This document shows, piece by piece, positions 19,164 through 28,814 of a stretch of DNA of 64,000 nt. The notes under the pieces were generated by a model. That model was not told where the DNA came from. It did not search any database and saw only the letters and a list, made by a program, of their open reading frames with translations. A program made the position numbers and the translations under genes. The first letter of the stretch is position 1; the number at the start of each line of letters is the position of its first letter. The DNA is taken from contig CAWJIJ010000001.1 of assembly GCA_963842955.1 (NCBI GenBank), positions 84,041 to 148,040 on the forward strand, in the 5' to 3' direction. The stretch comes from an uncultured Gammaproteobacteria bacterium (lineage in GTDB: Bacteria; Pseudomonadota; Gammaproteobacteria; Steroidobacterales; XN24).

Positions 19164-20411
19164 CTAGCGGAAGTAGCGGGCATCGAAGTACCACCGGGAA
19201 AGCAGGGGGGCTTGGGCTGCCCAGGCGGGCCCGAGCAGCCGGGAGCCAAGGACATAGCCGAGTCGACGCGGCGACATTTTCAGCAGCAGGTCGCGAGCCC
19301 GGGCCCCGGGGGCCCCGCGCTCCCGGTCCTTCGCTGCCTCCAGTTTCTGTCTTGCCTGGGATCGCGCCATGGCGCCGATGGAGCAGCCGGCTTGGTCCGC
19401 TGCCGTGATGAGCCTGCGCACCTTGTTCGCGAATCCGCCGAGGATGATCTGTTCCCTGGCTGCCTGAGACAGTCCGCCGAGATACCAGCAGAACACCCCT
19501 CCGCTGTTGGACACGAAGCCGGGGATGTAGTCGATCCCCCTGGTGTGCAGTGCGTCTTCGATGTCCGGAGTCGCCGAAATATTCGCCACCGGCACAATGG
19601 CAGAAACCGCCAGCTGGTCCAGGTTGCTCTGGTTCAGACTGTCGGGCGCGCCTCCCGGGACCAGCAGGTCAGCCTTCTGAAGAAAGAGAGCCGCCGGGTC
19701 CTCGAATCGCTGACCCGGAACATGCTGCACGCAGGCATCACCGTAGCGGAGCCGCAGGTTCAGCAGTTCCGATACCGCCAACCCCGACGGGTCATAGACA
19801 GCCCCGGCCCGAGTGGAGACTCCGGCGATTCGCGCGCCGGCTCGATCCAGCAGCTGGATCAGGTGTCCGCCCACCTTGCCGAGACCCTCCAGCAAGATGC
19901 CGGACCCCTGGAGCGTCCGGCCTCGGGACTCGAGCAGGGCGTGGATCGATGACAGGACGCTCAGGGCCGTGAAGAGGTTTGAGTCAATGGCCGGCGGCTC
20001 GTCCGATCCGCCCGGCTTATGGTCTACACCGGCGCCATCCAGGATGGCCACCAGGTCCTGGTCGCCTGAGCCCATGTCCAGGCCACCCACGTACCGGCCA
20101 CTTCGGAGCAGATCCCCGATGGCGGCGCCGAACGCCCGGCAGCGTTGCTGCCGATCGCCCTCGGACAGTTGAGGATCTATCACGAGTCCCGCCTTTGCAC
20201 CGCCGCTTGGAAGGCGCAGCCAGGCGAACTTGAGAGTCATTTCGTGAGCGAGCCGCGCCACCTCATCCGGGGATACGTCGGCGGTAATGCGGATACCGCC
20301 CGTGGCCCGGCCGGCGATGAATTCGTCAACGATGACAAACCCATAGAGATCGGATGCCGGGTCCCCCACGATCCGCCAAAGGGCCGGCTCTTTGCGTTCG
20401 ATAGGGTGCAT
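19164..20411 (-). CDS. Glu/Leu/Phe/Val (ELFV) dehydrogenase family protein
   Basis: GGIRITADV...MTLKFAWLRLPSGGAKAG (ELFV N-domain including the catalytic Lys region) and a GLGKVGG Rossmann motif. I place the start at ATG 20411 (MHPIERKEP), which has GAGGA 4 nt upstream. The ORF-track start at 20582 runs through a DNA repeat array. Confidence 0.75.
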   Translation of the reverse strand: MHPIERKEPALWRIVGDPASDLYGFVIVDEFIAGRATGGIRITADVSPDEVARLAHEMTLKFAWLRLPSGGAKAGLVIDPQLSEGDRQQRCRAFGAAIGDLLRSGRYVGGLDMGSGDQDLVAILDGAGVDHKPGGSDEPPAIDSNLFTALSVLSSIHALLESRGRTLQGSGILLEGLGKVGGHLIQLLDRAGARIAGVSTRAGAVYDPSGLAVSELLNLRLRYGDACVQHVPGQRFEDPAALFLQKADLLVPGGAPDSLNQSNLDQLAVSAIVPVANISATPDIEDALHTRGIDYIPGFVSNSGGVFCWYLGGLSQAAREQIILGGFANKVRRLITAADQAGCSIGAMARSQARQKLEAAKDRERGAPGARARDLLLKMSPRRLGYVLGSRLLGPAWAAQAPLLSRWYFDARYFR

Positions 20412-20453
20412 TTGGTCCTCGATGCTGCTCTGGGCCGAGACGGCGCCCCGCTT

Positions 20454-20582
20454 GTGCCTGTCCATCAGCCAGCCAAGTCCATCAGCCAGCCAGTCCGTGC
20501 CTGTCCACCAGCCAGCCGCCAGTCCTGGCCAGTCCGTGCCTGTCCACCAGCCAGTCCTGGCCTCAGTCCACCAGCCAGCCAC
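20454..20582. repeat. REP-like repeat array with core GTGCCTGTCCA(Y)CAGCCAGCC
   Basis: There are three copies of GTGCCTGTCCA plus partial units. AGTCCGTGCCTGTCCACCAGCCAG occurs at 20492 and 20531 (39-bp period). The 11-mer core is shared with the repeats at 26541-26588 and 28461-28537. Confidence 0.7.
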
Positions 20583-21007
20583 AAAGAACGCGCTCAGGAC
20601 CCGGCTGCCGAGTCAGGTCGTCAGTCTAGGCGGGGAAGGGGGTGTCGGACTGTGAAAAAGCCCGCACTTCTCAACGGTCGTGCCTCGCCCACCCCACCGC
20701 CTGAATTTTCCCCAAATCAATGGGTTGGGATTGTCGTTCGACTGTCTGGGGGTGCCGGCGGGGGCGAACCAGGTCTCCGAGAAGACAGATTTGCCAAATC
20801 AGTTCCAAGGGATCATCGGTGTTGGAAAATCCGCCCTAAATACGGCCTCTTGGGACCTGAAAAGGCGTCGCGCATCGACGAAAGCCAGCACGCCGGAGCC
20901 GTCACGGCCGGAACGGCCTGCAGCGTGGGTACGGGCCGGGCCACGATGGCCGGTTGCGCGTGATTATTTCCGCGGGCGATCTACAGTTCATACAGGCGAC
21001 CCGCTGC

Positions 21008-21035
21008 CTTGAAATTCGGCGGATTCGCCCAATAT
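21008..21035 (+). promoter_or_regulatory. Candidate sigma32 heat-shock promoter of clpB
   Basis: CTTGAAA (21008-21014), a 13-nt spacer, then CCCAATAT (21028-21035), against the consensus CTTGAAA-N13/14-CCCCATNT. It lies 35 nt upstream of the clpB ATG. Confidence 0.6.
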
Positions 21036-21069
21036 ACCCATGAGTTCAATCATTTAGGGGAAGCCCTCC

Positions 21070-23661
<2,592 letters not shown>

Positions 23662-23690
23662 GTCCGACCGCCTGGCGAACCAGCAAACAG

Positions 23691-23720
23691 GGCCCGCTCT
23701 TCGGAGCGGGCCTTTTCCTT
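23691..23720 (+). terminator. Rho-independent terminator of clpB
   Basis: GGCCCGCTC-TTCG-GAGCGGGCC hairpin followed by TTTTCCTT, 30 nt after the clpB stop. Confidence 0.75.
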
Positions 23721-23831
23721 AACCGGGGCTGACAAAAGCTCATTTCCCGGGAGAAATCCTCTCCCGGGGCCTGCTCCCGCGCGGCGGACTATCCAGCGGC
23801 GAGCGCCATCACCGAGCTGATCCGGTTTCCG

Positions 23832-25154
23832 TCAGGTCAAAGACCGGATCATCTGTTCGAGCTTGTCCTTGTCCGGCGTACGTAGATGCAGGTCACGTTG
23901 CGGGTAGGGGATCTCGATGCCGTGCTCGTGGAACTTGTCCCAGATCTTGAGCAAGATCTCGCCGTTGACGTTGGCCCGACCGTTCATCGGGTCGTTGATC
24001 CAGTAGCGTAGCTCCAGGTCCACCGAGTTGTCCCCGAAGCCGCGAATCTGACACACGGGCGGATTTTCCTTCAGTACCCGCTCAGTCTCGTTTGCGGCTT
24101 CGAGGCACAGTGCGATCGCTTCGCGCACGTTCGATTGATAATGCACCCCGATCGGCACCCGCATGCGGTAGTAGTCCTGGCTGTGAGACCAGTTCTCCAC
24201 CCGGTTGACGATCAGGTCCTCGTTCGGGATCAGAAACTCGATGCCGTCCCGGGTGGCTACCGATACGTAGCGCGCCCCGAGCGAGTCCACGCGGCCATAC
24301 TCCTCGTCGATGGCAATCACGTCGCCCGGCTTGATCGACTTGTCCAGCAACAGGATTACGCCGCTTATCAGGTTGGACACGATTCTCTGCAGGCCGAAGC
24401 CGATGCCTACACCAATAGCGCCACCGAAGACAGCGAAAGCGGAGATATCGATACCGACCGAGCTGACCGCGGCCAGAACAACCAGGATGATCAGGCTGAT
24501 CTTGAACAGCTTGCTGAGAAGTACCCGCACCGATGGCGTCAGGTTCGGGGCGGCTTTGATCCGGTTTTCGAATATGTTGGAAACGACGGTTGCCGCCCAA
24601 AGAAGTACAGCAAGCGCCAGGATGCCCTTGAGTACGGCAAGCGCGGAGATTCGGACCGACCCGAAGTTGGCTCCGGCGCTGTCCAGCATTGCCATCGTGG
24701 GATCGAGCAGGCCGACGATATTGAGCGCCGCGACTATCCATGCCGTTGTGGCGATGATATTCCGCCAAAACGTGTCCCTTACGAGATTGGACGCAACACG
24801 GATCACGATCCAGGCAGCCAGCAGGCTGGAGGTGACCGTCAACAGACCCGCTGTCACGCCGGAAGCCGTTACGATGGCGATCGCGACCCACTGCAGCATC
24901 AGCCACAAGACCGGAAACAACACGTCGCCGATGGCATGCCACGCGTTTCTTACCAGCGCATAGCCTTGATGGCGCTGTTCGAGTTTCGCGATCCGCCTAC
25001 CGAGGGGTCGTGCAATGAGCCACGCGAGGCTCGCCGCGAACACGATCGCGCCAAGTTCTACCAGGCGGCTCTTGATCAGAACGTTTGTCAGGACCCAGTC
25101 CTTGGCCAGGACAAGCCACTGCTGAAGTCTCGAGGGATCGAACAGTTCTTCCAT
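23832..25154 (-). CDS. Mechanosensitive ion channel (MscS family)
   Basis: Multi-TM N-terminal region followed by the MscS pore/beta-domain block (LISGVILLLDKSIKPGDVI...GRV). The start is ATG 25154 (MEELFDPS) or the upstream ATG 25199. Confidence 0.85.
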   Translation of the reverse strand: MEELFDPSRLQQWLVLAKDWVLTNVLIKSRLVELGAIVFAASLAWLIARPLGRRIAKLEQRHQGYALVRNAWHAIGDVLFPVLWLMLQWVAIAIVTASGVTAGLLTVTSSLLAAWIVIRVASNLVRDTFWRNIIATTAWIVAALNIVGLLDPTMAMLDSAGANFGSVRISALAVLKGILALAVLLWAATVVSNIFENRIKAAPNLTPSVRVLLSKLFKISLIILVVLAAVSSVGIDISAFAVFGGAIGVGIGFGLQRIVSNLISGVILLLDKSIKPGDVIAIDEEYGRVDSLGARYVSVATRDGIEFLIPNEDLIVNRVENWSHSQDYYRMRVPIGVHYQSNVREAIALCLEAANETERVLKENPPVCQIRGFGDNSVDLELRYWINDPMNGRANVNGEILLKIWDKFHEHGIEIPYPQRDLHLRTPDKDKLEQMIRSLT

Positions 25155-25223
25155 ATCAGGCCCTAACATTGATGGCGGGCAGCGGCTCGCCGCTCCCATG
25201 CCCGATGATAATACGCGCCGGAA

Positions 25224-25367
25224 GGCTTCCCGATCTGGAGGCTTCCCGATCTGGACAGGCGCAAGGCTTCCGGCTGCCCGATCTAGACAGTCACAGGGCT
25301 TCGAGGTCCCGATCTAGACTATCGCCCCATATCTGGACAGTCACATATCAACGGTCACATATCAACG
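25224..25367. repeat. Short-repeat array upstream of the Y1 transposase gene
   Basis: Five units with the core CCCGATCT(G/A)GAC, at 25224, 25240, 25265, 25297 and 25331. Two continue as GACAGTCACA. A perfect 14-bp tandem GTCACATATCAACG x2 follows at 25340-25367. Confidence 0.75.
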
Positions 25368-25424
25368 AGGACCGGCCACTAATGGGCCTTCGCTTGCCCG
25401 GCCCAGTCACGTAGCGTTCAGCCC

Positions 25425-26408
25425 ATGCCCCGAGCCCGAAAACATCTCGTATGTTTGGCCGACACGCCCTACTACCACGTCCACTCCCGATGTGTCCGGC
25501 GCGCCTTCCTGTGCGGCATAGACCAACACACCGGCAAGAGCTACGAGCACCGCCGGGCCTGGATCGAGGACCGGGTTAGGGTGCTGTCGTCGCTGTTCAG
25601 CATCGATCTCTGCGCCTATGCCGTGATGAGCAATCACTACCACCTGGTCGTGAGACTCAACCCCGGCGAGTCCGACGGCTGGTCGGATGATGAGGTGCTG
25701 CAACGCTGGACCGCGCTCTTCCGTGGACCCTTGCTGGTGCAGCGTTACCGGGCTGGTGAACCATTAAGTGAAGCAGAGCGGGACACCATCCGCGCCACTG
25801 CTGCCCTATACCGGACCCGCCTGGGCAGCCTCAGCTGGTTCATGAAGTGTCTGAATGAACCGGTCGCACGACAGGCCAACGCCGAGGACCGCTGCACCGG
25901 ACACTTCTGGGAAGCCCGCTTTTCCTCCCAGCCATTGTGCTCGGCCCAGGCCCTGCTCACGGCTATGGCCTATGTCGACCTCAACCCGATTCGGGCCACC
26001 GTGGCCAGCACGCCCGAGGACTCGGCCTACACCAGCATCAAGGCACGCATCGGGGGTGACTACCAGCGCAAGACGCGGTCCGGAGCCGTTGCGCGGCTGC
26101 TTGAGCATGGCGAGCTCAATCACTTCGATCTACCGATCCGGCCGCTGATGGGCTTCTCAGGGGAAGTCGGGCGCACGGATGGTATCCGTCAGTCTGCACA
26201 AGCCCTGCCCATGACGGAGCCGGATTATCTTCAGCTCGTAGACCTGACCGGTCGACTTGTGGCTCAAGGAAAACGAGGAAGAATCGATCCCGCGCTGGCA
26301 CCGATCCTCGACCGCCTCGGACTCTCGCCTGCGCAGTGGACCCTGGCCAGCACCGCCTTTAGACAGCATTACCGCAGCGGCGACCTGCGTCTGAAACGCT
26401 CGGCCTGA
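25425..26408 (+). CDS. Y1 (HUH) transposase family protein, IS200/RAYT-like (COG1943 type)
   Basis: 327 aa. The HUH motif sits in AYAVMSNHYHLVVRL. The block GHFWEARFSSQ...AMAYVDLNPIRA is typical of REP-associated tyrosine transposase-like proteins. The gene is flanked by short-repeat arrays. Confidence 0.8.
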   Translation: MPRARKHLVCLADTPYYHVHSRCVRRAFLCGIDQHTGKSYEHRRAWIEDRVRVLSSLFSIDLCAYAVMSNHYHLVVRLNPGESDGWSDDEVLQRWTALFRGPLLVQRYRAGEPLSEAERDTIRATAALYRTRLGSLSWFMKCLNEPVARQANAEDRCTGHFWEARFSSQPLCSAQALLTAMAYVDLNPIRATVASTPEDSAYTSIKARIGGDYQRKTRSGAVARLLEHGELNHFDLPIRPLMGFSGEVGRTDGIRQSAQALPMTEPDYLQLVDLTGRLVAQGKRGRIDPALAPILDRLGLSPAQWTLASTAFRQHYRSGDLRLKRSA

Positions 26409-26435
26409 ACGGCCTCAACCATTGCCAGCAGGCCT
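26161..26435 (+). repeat. 275-bp direct repeat, copy A (3' end of the transposase gene plus 27 bp)
   Basis: Base-for-base identical to 28540-28814 (offset 2379 bp) by manual alignment. Confidence 0.9.
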
Positions 26436-26537
26436 CGGACCTGAGCCGGACGGCTGCGCGGCTCCACGCCGGCAATCCCATCGACTGTTGAATCACCAGC
26501 CGACAGCATGGCTCACACCCCGTTGGCGGTGTCCGCC

Positions 26538-28313
26538 TCAGGCGTGCCTGTCCAGAAACTGTGGCCTGGCGTGCCTGTCCAGAAACTGCAGAAACTGTGC
26601 AGAAGCTGTGTTTGATCTCCACAGCGCCCACCACAGCCCGGCGACTCCCAGTTGCAGAAGACCGATAGCGCCGCCGCCTCCCCCCGAGCCCCCGCCAGTG
26701 GGCAGCGGTACCGGATCCGGTGGTATGTCCCGCTCGCTGGTTATAGATTCGCACTGCCCATCGTCGAAGGCCGGCCCGAGCGTCGGATCAGCGTCGTTGC
26801 AGTCCTGGAGGCCCGCAATCGTTACGCAACCAACCGGCCGCGCTACCTTGAACCCCCAGGTCGCATAGCCGTCCCTATCGGCATCGCGGCACAAACTGGC
26901 TAGTCGCTGGCCATCCTGCAGAAGGTCCACGGACAACAGCGCATAGACCGCATAGATGTCAGTGACAGAAAGTTTGATGACACCATAGCCATTTTCACCC
27001 CAGTCAGCGCCCCAGCTGTTCTTGATGATCCAGACGCGTTGTCCGTCAGCGGGGTCCCGGTCGTAGCCGACGAGGACCACAAGATGCCACAGACTGCGGA
27101 TGCCAAACACCAGCGGACCGTGCTGAACGAGGGCATCGCGGATGGCCGCGTCACCCAGTTCATACGGCACATCCATATACATGCCCGCGTAGGCCTTCAT
27201 ACGGGGATTGCTGCAGCTCAAGCTGCACGGTGCATCGGCGCCCTCGTACGGGAAACAGGTCTCGTCGACGACGCCATCGCTAGCCATGTAGGCGAAGGAC
27301 AGGGACACGCGCCCACCCTCACAGCTGCCGGCCCCGCTGCAAGACAGCATCGCCTGCTCGGAGAGATCGGCGTCCACGTGACGGTTCAGGCGAAGATTCG
27401 CAAGCGCCTCGGCTACTCCCAGCGTGGCATGTGCCCAGCAGTCTTCGCAGGCCTGCATTCGTATCGGCGTCATCCAGCCGCTCCCGGCCGGATCCCCGTC
27501 AAAGTACGGCGAACCGGGGAGATCGGCATCGTGTTTCTCTCGCCAGTCGAAGCGATCCGAGGGCGAACCGCCCCCACCTTCATCCACCGCGACGTACCCG
27601 GGCAGCTCATAGACGCCGGCCACGTAATGATCGTAGCCATGCAGCACGGGTACAGCCCCGCCCTGGGTGCGGTTGCGCCGTTGGTCATAGGTCTGACGCG
27701 ACCATGTGGTCTCGCCCGCGGTCCAATCCAGCCCGTGCAGCCGCAGCGATTCATTCAGGCGGGCGACGATTTCATCTGATTGCGCGCCCCGTATACGCTC
27801 CCGGCGAGCCGCCAGGTCGTCCGGTAATGGCGCCTCGGCCAAGAGCAGGTGGAGCCTGTCCAGCTCGATCCGCCCATCAACGACCGCAACCCGGAGCCGA
27901 TGGGCCGAAACCGCAGGCAGCAGACAGGTCTCACGGCAGATATCGGCCAGCGCCAGGTCCTGGGTGCCGGCAAGCAGCGGATAGACTTCGGCGACGAGAT
28001 GCTCGTGGAGTTCGGTATCCACGAGAACCACGCGCACGGAAGATCGGGCGTTGTCGAGGTGCACCCGTCCGGTCACCGCGAGCGCGACGAGCGGGCCTGT
28101 CTCGGTCAGCACGAACTGGCGGTCCTCGAAGATCGTCGCATCAAGCGACTCAAACACCGACGTGGCGGGCGGGACAGTGCCTTGGTCAATCCAGTGTGCC
28201 AGCTGGCGTTCGGGCCCGACTACTCCCTCCTGCTCCACGGCGCCCGCCAGAAATACTATGGCCAACAGCGCGCCGATCGGTCCCGAGATGGCTTGTAGCC
28301 GCCGTGCGCCCAT
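26538..28313 (-). CDS. Secreted papain-family (C1A) cysteine peptidase with a Cys-rich module and a GlyGly-CTERM-like anchor
   Basis: N-terminal signal-like segment. Catalytic blocks QACEDCWAH (Cys), HLVVLVGY (His) and IIKNSWGADWGENGYG (Asn). Then a CRDADRDGY...DCNDADPTLGP metal-binding-type repeat and GGGSGGGGGAIGLLQLGVAGLWWALWRS. The final ~20 codons are encoded by the REP units. Confidence 0.8.
   Translation of the reverse strand: MGARRLQAISGPIGALLAIVFLAGAVEQEGVVGPERQLAHWIDQGTVPPATSVFESLDATIFEDRQFVLTETGPLVALAVTGRVHLDNARSSVRVVLVDTELHEHLVAEVYPLLAGTQDLALADICRETCLLPAVSAHRLRVAVVDGRIELDRLHLLLAEAPLPDDLAARRERIRGAQSDEIVARLNESLRLHGLDWTAGETTWSRQTYDQRRNRTQGGAVPVLHGYDHYVAGVYELPGYVAVDEGGGGSPSDRFDWREKHDADLPGSPYFDGDPAGSGWMTPIRMQACEDCWAHATLGVAEALANLRLNRHVDADLSEQAMLSCSGAGSCEGGRVSLSFAYMASDGVVDETCFPYEGADAPCSLSCSNPRMKAYAGMYMDVPYELGDAAIRDALVQHGPLVFGIRSLWHLVVLVGYDRDPADGQRVWIIKNSWGADWGENGYGVIKLSVTDIYAVYALLSVDLLQDGQRLASLCRDADRDGYATWGFKVARPVGCVTIAGLQDCNDADPTLGPAFDDGQCESITSERDIPPDPVPLPTGGGSGGGGGAIGLLQLGVAGLWWALWRSNTASAQFLQFLDRHARPQFLDRHA
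26541..26610 (+). repeat. REP-like units GGCGTGCCTGTCCAGAAACTG x2 plus CAGAAACTG-type partial copies
   Basis: Identical 21-mers at 26541-26561 and 26568-26588. They are preceded by TCCGCCTCAGG, the same linker seen at 28481-28491. Confidence 0.8.
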
Positions 28314-28460
28314 GGGGTCCTCCCTGCATGACGCTTGATCGCTCGAGTCCGGCAGTTGTTTTTGATCTTGGCCGCCTACCTAAAGTTTAGTTCAACCGGC
28401 GGCATGCGCCCGGCGAGGCTGGCGCATGCCGCCGAGCCCGCCCGATCTTATGCGCCGGGA

Positions 28461-28537
28461 TGTGCCTGTCCAGAAGCTGCTCCGCCTCAGGTGTGCCTGT
28501 CCAGCAGCTGTTTTGGGTGTGCCTGTCCAGAAGCTGT
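28461..28537 (+). repeat. Three REP-like units (T/G)GTGCCTGTCCAG(A/C)AGCTG
   Basis: Units at 28461, 28491 and 28517, in the same orientation and with the same core as those at 26541-26588. Confidence 0.8.
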
Positions 28538-28539
28538 TT

Positions 28540-28814
28540 GGGAAGTCGGGCGCACGGATGGTATCCGTCAGTCTGCACAAGCCCTGCCCATGACGGAGCC
28601 GGATTATCTTCAGCTCGTAGACCTGACCGGTCGACTTGTGGCTCAAGGAAAACGAGGAAGAATCGATCCCGCGCTGGCACCGATCCTCGACCGCCTCGGA
28701 CTCTCGCCTGCGCAGTGGACCCTGGCCAGCACCGCCTTTAGACAGCATTACCGCAGCGGCGACCTGCGTCTGAAACGCTCGGCCTGAACGGCCTCAACCA
28801 TTGCCAGCAGGCCT
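28540..28814 (+). pseudogene. 275-bp direct repeat, copy B: orphan duplicate of the Y1 transposase 3' end (last 82 codons)
   Basis: Identical to 26161-26435. It encodes GRTDGIRQSAQALPMTEPDYLQL...DLRLKRSA with no upstream transposase body. ORF 28335-28787 is an artefact of repeat units plus this fragment. Confidence 0.85.

Larger units (their letters stand above)
25224..26610 (+). mobile_element. RAYT-like unit: Y1 transposase gene plus flanking oppositely oriented repeat arrays
   Basis: The core CTGGACAG lies upstream and its complement CTGTCCAG lies downstream of the gene. This is the inverted flanking arrangement expected for REP/RAYT systems. Confidence 0.55.

Noticed and set aside
20412-20582. 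N-terminal extension of the dehydrogenase ORF containing GWWTGTDW protein repeats
   Set aside because: The repeats are simply the translation of the DNA repeat array. A good RBS precedes the internal ATG at 20411, and the conserved ELFV domain starts right after it.
25224-28537. Possible CRISPR array, because short direct repeats recur at 25.2, 26.5 and 28.5 kb
   Set aside because: The units are 16-21 bp with irregular spacings of 0-30 bp. There are only 2-5 copies per site, no unique spacers of uniform length and no cas genes. The pattern fits REP-like elements next to a Y1 transposase.
28335-28787. 150-aa ORF that might be a small transposase-related gene
   Set aside because: Its N-terminal half is translated from intergenic sequence and REP units. 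Its C-terminal 82 aa are the duplicated 3' fragment of the transposase gene. It has no HUH domain and no plausible start context.
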